64,000 nucleotides of DNA from Spirochaetia bacterium (GTDB lineage Bacteria > Spirochaetota > Spirochaetia > UBA9216), in contig OY776510.1 in the NCBI GenBank assembly GCA_963675665.1, positions 4,192,001 to 4,256,000 on the forward strand, in the 5' to 3' direction. The notes beneath the pieces were generated by a model. The model ran no database searches. It was not told the DNA's origin and saw nothing but the letters and a program-made list of their open reading frames with translations. This document shows, in pieces, positions 1 to 8,345 of this stretch. Made by a program: the position numbers and the translations under genes. The stretch's first letter is position 1, and every line of letters starts with the position of its first letter.

Positions 1-663
1 CTTTTTATCGAGGAGCCGACGCCTGAAATGGCAGGACGAACAGAAGATGCTGAAGTCTCCGACAATAAACCCAAACATGAAACACGCGGGAGGAAAGGTT
101 TCAGCGTAATTACGCCCATGCTTCTTATCCTTTTTCTGCTTTACTTTTTTATCAGAATGTCCAGAACAATGCCCACCCCGTTTTTACCGTTGTTTATACA
201 GGAACTCAGGGGAACTATCGTGGGCAGTGCCAGAATAACCGGCATATTGTCCGGAGGGATCGGCTTGATGGCTGCTGTTTCCGGACTGACCCTAGCAAGA
301 CTCGGCGACAAAATGAACAGGCTGAAACTGCTTTCGGTCCTTATCGGGGCAGGCGCGCTTTCCTCAGTTCTAATCCAGATTTTCCCAGGCTTTGCAGTTA
401 TAACCCTGTCTCTTCTACTGACTTACTTCCTGATAGGCGGGGTTGAACCCCTGATAATGTCCATCACAAGCGAACAGGTTAATTCTTCAAGCCGGGGTTT
501 TCTTTTTGGTATTCAGACAGCCGTCGGATCGCTCGCATGGTTCTTCTCTCCGCTGCTCGGAAGTATGGTATCTATCGCCTATTCCACAAAAACCGTATTC
601 CTGCTTTTCTCCGTAATGCTCGGCATTACGTGGTTGATTTCTTTATTTGTCAGACGCATATAA
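1..663 (+). CDS. MFS transporter, C-terminal half (5' end lies outside the window)
   Basis: Frame is open from base 1. Six hydrophobic helices and an MFS motif-A-like ARLGDKMNR. Confidence 0.8.
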   Translation, partial: LFIEEPTPEMAGRTEDAEVSDNKPKHETRGRKGFSVITPMLLILFLLYFFIRMSRTMPTPFLPLFIQELRGTIVGSARITGILSGGIGLMAAVSGLTLARLGDKMNRLKLLSVLIGAGALSSVLIQIFPGFAVITLSLLLTYFLIGGVEPLIMSITSEQVNSSSRGFLFGIQTAVGSLAWFFSPLLGSMVSIAYSTKTVFLLFSVMLGITWLISLFVRRI

Positions 664-692
664 TTAAAACTATTATTTTATAAAACATCTCT

Positions 693-766
693 TTTATAAA
701 CATTTTACATAATTTACAATATGTTTACATTCGGTTTATCCTGAATAAATTGAAAAATGGTATTCT
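693..766 (+). promoter_or_regulatory. Putative efflux-operon promoter with TTTAC direct repeats
   Basis: TTTAC at 704, 713 and 724 and TTTAT at 693 and 735, at roughly helical spacing. TGg-TATTCT extended -10 at about 758-766. Confidence 0.35.
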
Positions 767-785
767 ACGCGCGGAGGAAAATGTG

Positions 786-2078
786 ATGAAACGTTTATTT
801 GTGGTGTATCTGCTGTTTCTGGCTGTTGCATCCTCACTACAAGCCGAACCGCTTGAGCTCAAGCTGGAAAACTGTATCGAACTTGCACTTGAGAATAATC
901 CCGATTTTAAAATTTCCGGCATAAGCCTTGAAACTGCAAAACGCAATAACTCCAACAGCTGGAACAACTTCCTTCCGCAGCTGTCGGCAGGTGCGGGAGT
1001 CAGCGGAGATACCGTACTATTTTCCGGACAACCGGACTGGAGCTGGGGAATTAACGGATCGCTGAGTTTGAATCTTTCGCTTAACCCCGGAATCGCTTAT
1101 ACAATCAAATCAATAAAACTGGCATATGAAAAAGAGCAAATATCATTCGAAACAGCCAGAAGACAACTAATCAGCAATGTTGAAAAAGAATTCTATTATT
1201 TGATTACAAGTGAATCTAATCTTGAAATTGTAAAAGCAAATATGGAGCTTGCCCAAAAGAACTATCAGCAGGCACTGAGCAATTATAATTTCGGAATGGC
1301 ATCCGAATTATCAGTTCTCCAGGCTGAAGTAAACGCAGCCAATCTTGAACCTGCTTACAAACAAACAGTTGCTACACATGATTCCCGGGTTAAAGAGTTT
1401 CTTCTGGTCATTGGGATAGATCCTGAAACAGAAATTGAATTGAACGGAACTCTTGAAACAGACCTGATGGATTTTGATTCTGAAAAGCTCATATCACTTT
1501 ACCTGTCAAATCGACGGGATATAATTGCTCTCGGGAAGGAACTTGAAATACTTAACAACAGCCGAAGTCTTTCGGCTGCAAAAAGCCGGGCCCCTTCTCT
1601 CAGCTTGTCTTCAGGCTGGACAGTAAATAATTCACAACCCTGGCAGGACAAATTATCAGCCGGGTTAAGCCTCAGCATACCTATAGACGATTTCATCCCG
1701 GGCTCATCAACTTCAACCTCGCTGGCGGCACTTGACGACCAGATTACCCAGGCTGAAATTAATCTGGAAAAAACGATTAATCAAGCCCGGACGGAAATTA
1801 TCAATCTGATTAAACAGCTTGATACTTCTGCTTCGAATATGAAATTATCGGCAATGAATATTAGCCTTGCTGAAAAATCATATGAAATGACTGAAGAAAG
1901 TTTTGCTCACGGGACAACCAAGCGCCTTGACGTTGAAGACGCACAACAGGCGTTTCTTTCAGCAAAAAACCAGTATTTATCCAGCCAGTACGAATATCTT
2001 ACGGGGCTGATTGAACTTCGGGACGCGCTTGGAATGAACACTATGGAAGAGCTTTTTAAAGGAGTAAATCATGAATAA
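786..2078 (+). CDS. TolC-family outer membrane efflux protein
   Basis: Signal peptide, LENCIELALENNPD and two OEP-like helical repeats. GGAGG RBS before GTG783/ATG786. Confidence 0.9.
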   Translation: MKRLFVVYLLFLAVASSLQAEPLELKLENCIELALENNPDFKISGISLETAKRNNSNSWNNFLPQLSAGAGVSGDTVLFSGQPDWSWGINGSLSLNLSLNPGIAYTIKSIKLAYEKEQISFETARRQLISNVEKEFYYLITSESNLEIVKANMELAQKNYQQALSNYNFGMASELSVLQAEVNAANLEPAYKQTVATHDSRVKEFLLVIGIDPETEIELNGTLETDLMDFDSEKLISLYLSNRRDIIALGKELEILNNSRSLSAAKSRAPSLSLSSGWTVNNSQPWQDKLSAGLSLSIPIDDFIPGSSTSTSLAALDDQITQAEINLEKTINQARTEIINLIKQLDTSASNMKLSAMNISLAEKSYEMTEESFAHGTTKRLDVEDAQQAFLSAKNQYLSSQYEYLTGLIELRDALGMNTMEELFKGVNHE

Positions 2079-3105
2079 AAAACTGGATATAATTATAAAA
2101 CTTATAATTGCAGCTGCAATCATTTTAACCCTTGGTATTATGACGCTTCCGATTCTTGAGGAAAGAGGAATAATCTCGTCAAAAACTGAAGATACAACCG
2201 CTTCTTTCGGGGGTCAGGCAATGGGCGGTCAGCCTCCGTCAGGTGCGCCTTCCGGAGCTCCCTCGGGAGCACCCTCGGGAATGCCGAGCGGAGGCAAAAG
2301 CGCTGCTGCAGGCAAGGTAAATGCCCAGGCGGTTAAAGCCTATACGGCCGAAATCGGAACTGTTTCAAATTACATCAAGGTCAACGGGGATGTTGTTACT
2401 GATGTGGAAATTGACATTTATCCGGATGCCTCCGGTAAAATTACAAAACTCAATGCCTCTGTAGGCGATTACATTAGGACAGACCAGGTTATAGCTTCGG
2501 TAGATCCGTCGCTTCCGGGACAGAAATACGCCATAAGTTCGGTTTATTCAACAATAAACGGGACTGTTCTGAGTGTTAATGCTCAACCTGGAGATAAAGT
2601 AACTACCAACACTTCCATTATCACAGTTGGAGATTTGACAAACCTTAAATTAATCACTTATATTCCGGAAAAATACATAGGCAATCTCAAAACCGGACTA
2701 CCGGCACTTATCAGTTTTGCCGCCTATCCAAACGAAACATTTAAGGCAGCGATATCGGAGATCAGCCCGGTTGTTAATCCGGAATCACGTACAATTGAAA
2801 TAACCCTTGATATAAAGGAAGGGCGCAACAAGATAAAAACGGGAATGTTTGCCTCGATAAAACTGGCCACGGAACAGTCTGAGAATGTAGTTGCAATTCC
2901 GGAAAACGCGGTATTCACATATTACGGCAAGGATACTGTTTTTGTGGTCGGGGAAGACAATACTGTTAAGCGCAGAAACGTTGAAAAAGGACTTGAATCC
3001 TCTGAAATGGCGGAAATTACCAAAGGGCTGTCAGCCGGTGAAATTGTTGTCACCGAGGGGCAATCGCTTCTGAGCGAAGGTTCGGCTGTAAAAATCGTAG
3101 AGTAG
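2071..3105 (+). CDS. RND periplasmic adaptor (membrane fusion protein)
   Basis: N-terminal anchor, lipoyl-like halves, ISPVVNPESRT, GMFA and GLSAGEIVVTEG motifs. Confidence 0.9.
   Translation: MNKKLDIIIKLIIAAAIILTLGIMTLPILEERGIISSKTEDTTASFGGQAMGGQPPSGAPSGAPSGAPSGMPSGGKSAAAGKVNAQAVKAYTAEIGTVSNYIKVNGDVVTDVEIDIYPDASGKITKLNASVGDYIRTDQVIASVDPSLPGQKYAISSVYSTINGTVLSVNAQPGDKVTTNTSIITVGDLTNLKLITYIPEKYIGNLKTGLPALISFAAYPNETFKAAISEISPVVNPESRTIEITLDIKEGRNKIKTGMFASIKLATEQSENVVAIPENAVFTYYGKDTVFVVGEDNTVKRRNVEKGLESSEMAEITKGLSAGEIVVTEGQSLLSEGSAVKIVE
2236..2292 (+). repeat. Degenerate 12-bp coding repeat encoding a (PSGA)n linker
   Basis: PSGA-PSGA-PSGA-PSGM-PSG with synonymous variation. Confidence 0.7.
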
Positions 3106-3113
3106 GAGAAAAC

Positions 3114-6100
3114 ATGAATATTTCTGAACTTTCGGTAAAACGGCCTGTGGCGATTCTGATGGTATATATCCTCATCTGCGGAATAGCGGCTATCTTTGTT
3201 CCTCAGCTTGCCGTTGATATGTTCCCTTCAACAGAATTCCCCATGCTGATGGTTTCCTGCGAATATGAAGGCGCCGGGCCTGAAGAAGTAGAGAAAAATA
3301 TAACCGAACCGCTTGAAGAAGCTCTGGCAAGCCTTGAGGATCTTGAAGAGATCTCTTCAACCAGCTTTGAAGGCAGCACCAGGATAAGACTGAGCTACGG
3401 GTTCGGCAAGGATATGGACGAGGCGGCCGACGATATACAGAGCGTACTTGATTCCATAGGCAGAAGGCTTCCCGATGATGCGGACGATCCGGTGCTTCGG
3501 CAGTTCGACATGTCGGCCATGCCTATAATGCAGCTGGTAGTAACAGGCAACGCACCGATAGAGGAATTGAAGACTATTGCGGAAGAAATTGCCCAGCCCA
3601 TGCTGGAACGCGTTCCCGGAGTAGCTGAAGCCGGCGTAAGCGGCGGACAGGACAGGATAGTTAAGGTTACAATTTCAGCCAACAGGCTTGAGGCATACGG
3701 ATTAACCATGAGCCAGGTAGCATCGGCCCTGTCCAAACAGAACATACAGATGAGTTCCGGTGAAATAACATCGGACAATCTTGATTATCTTATAAGAACG
3801 GATGAAGAGTTCGAAAGCCTTGACGAAATTAAACAATGCGTAATCGACACTATAAGTGTTCCGGCGTCGAAATCTTCAGTAAACCGTTCAAATGTAGTCC
3901 GGCTTGAAGACATTGCCGATATTGAAATTGATTACGAAGAAAGCAGCTCCACTGTATATGTAAACGGTATTCCTAGTGTTTCATTAAGAGTTTCAGATGA
4001 ATCCGATTCAAACAGCATTCAGGTTGCCCGGGGCGTTAAAGAAGCTCTGGCATCAATAAATGAAGCGCTGCCTGAAGGAATCGAGCTTGTTGTTATATCG
4101 GATGACACCTCAATGACAGCATCCAGCATGAATCAGGTTTACCAGGCGGCTTTTCAGGGAATAATTCTTGCAGTCATCATAATATTTCTGTTTTTAAGAA
4201 GCCTTAAAAGTACGCTTGTAATTGCATTTTCACTCCCCATATCCATCCTTATTACGCTTGCCTGTATGTACTTTATGGGACTTACCCTTAACATGATGAC
4301 AATGTCGGGACTGATTCTCGGTGTCGGGATGATAGTCGACTGTTCAATTGTTATCCTTGAAAACATTCACAGATACAGGGAGCGCGGAGCAAAGGCCAAA
4401 GTAGCGGCCGTTCTGGGCAGCCGGGAAATGCTGTCGGCTATTGTAGCATCAACGCTGACCACGTTGTGCGTCTTCATTCCGGTCCTTCTGTTTAAAAGCG
4501 ATCTCGGGATGCTTGGAGAGATGTTTGAAGAGCTGGTAATAACCGTTATCATCTCGCTTGTATGTTCTCTCTTTGTAGCAGTCACACTTGTGCCCTCCCT
4601 GTGCGGCGGATATCTGAGGCTGGATACAAGAGTACAGAAACCGCTCAAGCTTGGATTTCTCAGATTTTTCGACAACACCTCGGAGAGAATTCTGACGGGT
4701 CTTGAAAATGCCTACCGGAAAGCGCTGAATTTTGTTCTTGATAACAAGTTCCTGGTACTCTCCCTGGTGCTTGTTGTATTTGTCTGGTCGGTTCAGCAGT
4801 TTACAAGCCTCGGAATGAATATGGGAATGAGGGCCACTACGGATGATCAGATATCAATTAGCCTTTCCATGCCAGAGGGCACAACCTCTGATGTTACCGA
4901 AGAAAATCTTTTTGCAATGGCCGAAATAATCGAGGCAGAGGTTCAGGATTATGAAAACCTGATAATTTTCTCAAGAGGCGGGAACTCCGGAAGCATTGAC
5001 ATAAGTCTGCCGGATCCTGAAGAGCAGACCCAGTCAACATCCGAAATTATGGGAATTCTCCGCGGCTACCTTACAAATTTTCCTTCAGCAGTCTTCACCT
5101 TCAGCGCCGGAAGGCGGTTCGGAAATCAATCTGCAGTTGACGTGGCAATATATTCCGAGGATGTTGATCTCTCGGAATCGGTTGCCGATGAAATAGTTAC
5201 TATTCTGCAGTCTGTGCCGGAAGTCCTTGACCCGGTTTCAAGCCTTGAAGCCGGTGGTCCGGAAATGCAGATAAAAATAGACCGCGACAGAGCTGCCGCA
5301 CTCGGCATTTCGATTACTACAATAGGAACAGAGGTAAAAGCTCTTCTGAACGGAGTTACAGCAACAACCTTCAGACTTGACGGTGAGGAAATGAATATTG
5401 AGCTTCAGCTTGATGAAAAAGACAAGGCTACAATGGTTGATTTAAGCTCTTTTTATATTACCGGAAACAGCGGACGAATACCGCTGTCAAATGTTGCGGT
5501 ACTCGAAGAAAGCCGATCGCCAAGTTCAATAGACAGGGAAAACCGTACCAGGATAATACATGTTACAGCTGATGCAAATGCCTCCGCGGCAGTATCCGAA
5601 CTTACGCCGCTTGTTGAATCTGTTCTTGCCAATCAGTTGGTCCTTCCTCAAGGTGTAACAATCGAAATGGGCGGCGAATTCCGCCAGATGCAGGAGTTTA
5701 ATTCCTCAATTATTATAATCGTGATTGTCGCAATTCTTCTGGTTTTCGGGGTAATGGCTGCCCAGTTCGAGTCACTGCTTGATCCGTTCATAATTCTATT
5801 TTCCATTCCTCTGCTGCTGATTGGAGTTTCGGCAATTTACAGGATTACCGGTCAGCCGTTCAGTACATATGCGGCGGTCGGTATCGTTGCGCTTGTAGGG
5901 GTTGTTGTAAACAATGCAATTGTACTGGTAGATTATACCAACATCCTCAGAGGTCGGGGACGCCCGCTGCGCGAGGCCTGTCTTGAAGCAGGCTCACACC
6001 GCATGAGACCAATCCTTATGACCAGTCTTACTACAATTCTGGGCATGGTTCCGATGGCGTTCTTTCCGGGCGAAGGAGCTGAACAGATCCAGCCGATAGG

Positions 6101-6257
6101 ACAGACAATGGTCGGCGGACTGATATCCAGTACCTTTATGACGCTCTTTGTTGTACCGTCGATGTACTACATCCTGAACCGGGGCATTGAAAAACGACGA
6201 GATGCCAGAAAGCTCAAACTGCAGTTGGCTATTAAAGCTGAAGGAGAAACCGTCTGA
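3114..6257 (+). CDS. RND efflux permease (AcrB/AcrD/AcrF family)
   Basis: 1047 aa; SVKRPV start, GMIVDCSIVILENI, RMRPILMTSLTT; 12 TM layout. Confidence 0.95.
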   Translation: MNISELSVKRPVAILMVYILICGIAAIFVPQLAVDMFPSTEFPMLMVSCEYEGAGPEEVEKNITEPLEEALASLEDLEEISSTSFEGSTRIRLSYGFGKDMDEAADDIQSVLDSIGRRLPDDADDPVLRQFDMSAMPIMQLVVTGNAPIEELKTIAEEIAQPMLERVPGVAEAGVSGGQDRIVKVTISANRLEAYGLTMSQVASALSKQNIQMSSGEITSDNLDYLIRTDEEFESLDEIKQCVIDTISVPASKSSVNRSNVVRLEDIADIEIDYEESSSTVYVNGIPSVSLRVSDESDSNSIQVARGVKEALASINEALPEGIELVVISDDTSMTASSMNQVYQAAFQGIILAVIIIFLFLRSLKSTLVIAFSLPISILITLACMYFMGLTLNMMTMSGLILGVGMIVDCSIVILENIHRYRERGAKAKVAAVLGSREMLSAIVASTLTTLCVFIPVLLFKSDLGMLGEMFEELVITVIISLVCSLFVAVTLVPSLCGGYLRLDTRVQKPLKLGFLRFFDNTSERILTGLENAYRKALNFVLDNKFLVLSLVLVVFVWSVQQFTSLGMNMGMRATTDDQISISLSMPEGTTSDVTEENLFAMAEIIEAEVQDYENLIIFSRGGNSGSIDISLPDPEEQTQSTSEIMGILRGYLTNFPSAVFTFSAGRRFGNQSAVDVAIYSEDVDLSESVADEIVTILQSVPEVLDPVSSLEAGGPEMQIKIDRDRAAALGISITTIGTEVKALLNGVTATTFRLDGEEMNIELQLDEKDKATMVDLSSFYITGNSGRIPLSNVAVLEESRSPSSIDRENRTRIIHVTADANASAAVSELTPLVESVLANQLVLPQGVTIEMGGEFRQMQEFNSSIIIIVIVAILLVFGVMAAQFESLLDPFIILFSIPLLLIGVSAIYRITGQPFSTYAAVGIVALVGVVVNNAIVLVDYTNILRGRGRPLREACLEAGSHRMRPILMTSLTTILGMVPMAFFPGEGAEQIQPIGQTMVGGLISSTFMTLFVVPSMYYILNRGIEKRRDARKLKLQLAIKAEGETV

Positions 6258-6541
6258 TGAAACGTGTAGAAATAATAACGAACCTTTCCATATCGGTAGA
6301 TTTGCTTGAAGAGCTGGAACTGCGCGGACTGGCAAACGGTTATACCCTGATTCCAAAAGTCCACGGACGGGGAAACAAGGGAACCCGTCTGGGCAGTCCT
6401 CTCTGGCCGGAAGAAAACTGCATGTATCTGCTTTATCTTGAAGACGACGCCGTCACCGGCGTAAAAGAAGCAATAAAAAAGATAAAGAAAAAATTCCCCA
6501 ATGAAGGAACCAAATGTTTTATTTCACCTGTTGAAACATGA
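6257..6541 (+). CDS. PII-like transporter-associated protein (PG0541-like)
   Basis: MKRVEII start and YT..P.VHGRG..G..LGS..WPEEN motif. Overlaps the RND stop (TGATG). Confidence 0.8.
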   Translation: MKRVEIITNLSISVDLLEELELRGLANGYTLIPKVHGRGNKGTRLGSPLWPEENCMYLLYLEDDAVTGVKEAIKKIKKKFPNEGTKCFISPVET

Positions 6542-6576
6542 CATTTATTTTTCAATAATTGTTAATGCACTTCCCT

Positions 6577-6624
6577 ACTGGAGACTGCTGCGAAAGTTTT
6601 TTGCGGCGGTCTCCGGTTTTTTTT
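6577..6624 (+). terminator. Rho-independent terminator
   Basis: GGAGACTGCTGCGAAA / TTTGCGGCGGTCTCC stem (with G-U pairs) followed by T8. Confidence 0.85.
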
Positions 6625-6686
6625 AATCAAACTTTTAAATATAATTTATCATTCGGCGTTTCAAACACCGTATTCAGCCGCCGACT

Positions 6687-8345
6687 CTAATAGCATTGTT
6701 CCAGAACCCCGATGATGTCATTCAGACGAAGCTCTACAGGGTTATATACAATTGATGCGTCACCCAGAGATATTTCAGCTATGCGGTTAAAATCTGATTT
6801 TTTAACAAGAGGCTCACCATCCCGTCCGGTAATTTCACTCAGTTTTACCGGATGTATGCCGCCTGTTAATTCTTTCAGCTTACTGTTCAATCCTCTTATA
6901 CATTCAATAGTCCCTCTTGCCCTGTCTTCAGCGGGAGTGTTCTCAATTACACCTGTTTCTGCCACAGCAGGAAACAGTTCCGCAAGCAAAGAACTGATTT
7001 CAGAATAATTATATTCAAGAGCAACTGGAAGCAGAACAGACATACAACTGCCGTGCGGCGCGTGACAAACAGCTCCTACCGAATGGCCGATAGTATGAAC
7101 CATTCCGACCATGGAATTGGAAAAAGCCTGCCCGGCCAGATTTGAGGCAAGCGCCAGATTCAGCCTGAGTTCCGGATTTTGGGGATCCGATATTACTGCT
7201 GCAAGATTATCTTTTATCAGTTCAACGGCCTTCCACGCCATCTGATCGCTTATCGGGTTTTTTCCCATACAGGTGTATGCTTCAACAGCATGAGACAGAG
7301 CATCCACCCCTGTGATCGAAGTCAGATGCGGAGGAAGAGACCGGGTAAGCCTTGAATCGAGTATGCCGTAATCAGGCATAAGCCATGGTGAGACATAAAG
7401 TATTTTACGGTTTCGTTCGGCATCACTTATTACGGCAACCTTTGTAACCTCCGAACCGGTTCCGGAAGTTGTGGGCACGGCAATAAACGGGGTATCAAGA
7501 CGCGGAATTATGTTTGATCCCGCCATCCCGACAAGATCATCACGATCAAGTGAAACATTCAGGAATACACCTTTCCCGGTATCAAGCACCGAACCGCCGC
7601 CCATGGCGATAATTCCGTCACAGCCTTTTTCCTTATACAGACGACTTATTTCATTGACTGTTATACTGCCTGAATCCGGCGGAATATCGTCAAAAACCTC
7701 ATATTTTGCCTCACCCAAAACTTCTTCCAGAATGCTGAAAAGTCCGACGGCTTTAATTCCCCTGTCGATCAGGACCATCGGGTATTTCATCCCCCTGGAA
7801 CCGCCTTTTCCGGCAAGCAGTCCGGATAACCGTTCAAGCGAGTTGTTTCCGGATATCACCTTTGTCCGGCAGCTGTAGGTAAAAGCCGAAGGAACAGCAA
7901 GATTCCCCGGATGGTCTGATACCATGCCTCCTGAGACGGAGAATGCAAATTTCTTCATAAAATCCCGTACGGCGGATTTGTCACGAATAAAACGACTGTC
8001 AATTACAGTAAAGTCCGACTGCGGTTCCCGGAAATCATGAAGATCATTATTATCAAGCATCAACCAGGCTTTCGGTCTCGGGTCGTCAACCCATCGATCC
8101 ATTATAGTTTTTCCGCCGGCAAGAAGCAGAAAATCATCATCCCCGGCCGGTTCCCCGGCAACAACTATCCCCTTACTTTGCCGTGCAAGTAATGCAGCGG
8201 CCTTCAGCGCTTTTCGGCGGTATGCATCAATGGTAACAACAACAGGTTTCCGGACATCAAGAAGTTTCAGCTCATAACCGAACTGACTGATTACCGAGGC
8301 TCCGAACATAAGCGTTCCGGCAGGTTTTGGATCAAACAAAGTCAT
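6687..8345 (-). CDS. Iron-containing alcohol dehydrogenase with a degenerate N-terminal extra domain
   Basis: GGGSVLD, PTTSGTGSE, and metal ligands in GVDALSH, MVHTIGH and APHG. The ATG overlaps the AOR stop (ATGA). Confidence 0.9.
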   Translation of the reverse strand: MTLFDPKPAGTLMFGASVISQFGYELKLLDVRKPVVVTIDAYRRKALKAAALLARQSKGIVVAGEPAGDDDFLLLAGGKTIMDRWVDDPRPKAWLMLDNNDLHDFREPQSDFTVIDSRFIRDKSAVRDFMKKFAFSVSGGMVSDHPGNLAVPSAFTYSCRTKVISGNNSLERLSGLLAGKGGSRGMKYPMVLIDRGIKAVGLFSILEEVLGEAKYEVFDDIPPDSGSITVNEISRLYKEKGCDGIIAMGGGSVLDTGKGVFLNVSLDRDDLVGMAGSNIIPRLDTPFIAVPTTSGTGSEVTKVAVISDAERNRKILYVSPWLMPDYGILDSRLTRSLPPHLTSITGVDALSHAVEAYTCMGKNPISDQMAWKAVELIKDNLAAVISDPQNPELRLNLALASNLAGQAFSNSMVGMVHTIGHSVGAVCHAPHGSCMSVLLPVALEYNYSEISSLLAELFPAVAETGVIENTPAEDRARGTIECIRGLNSKLKELTGGIHPVKLSEITGRDGEPLVKKSDFNRIAEISLGDASIVYNPVELRLNDIIGVLEQCY

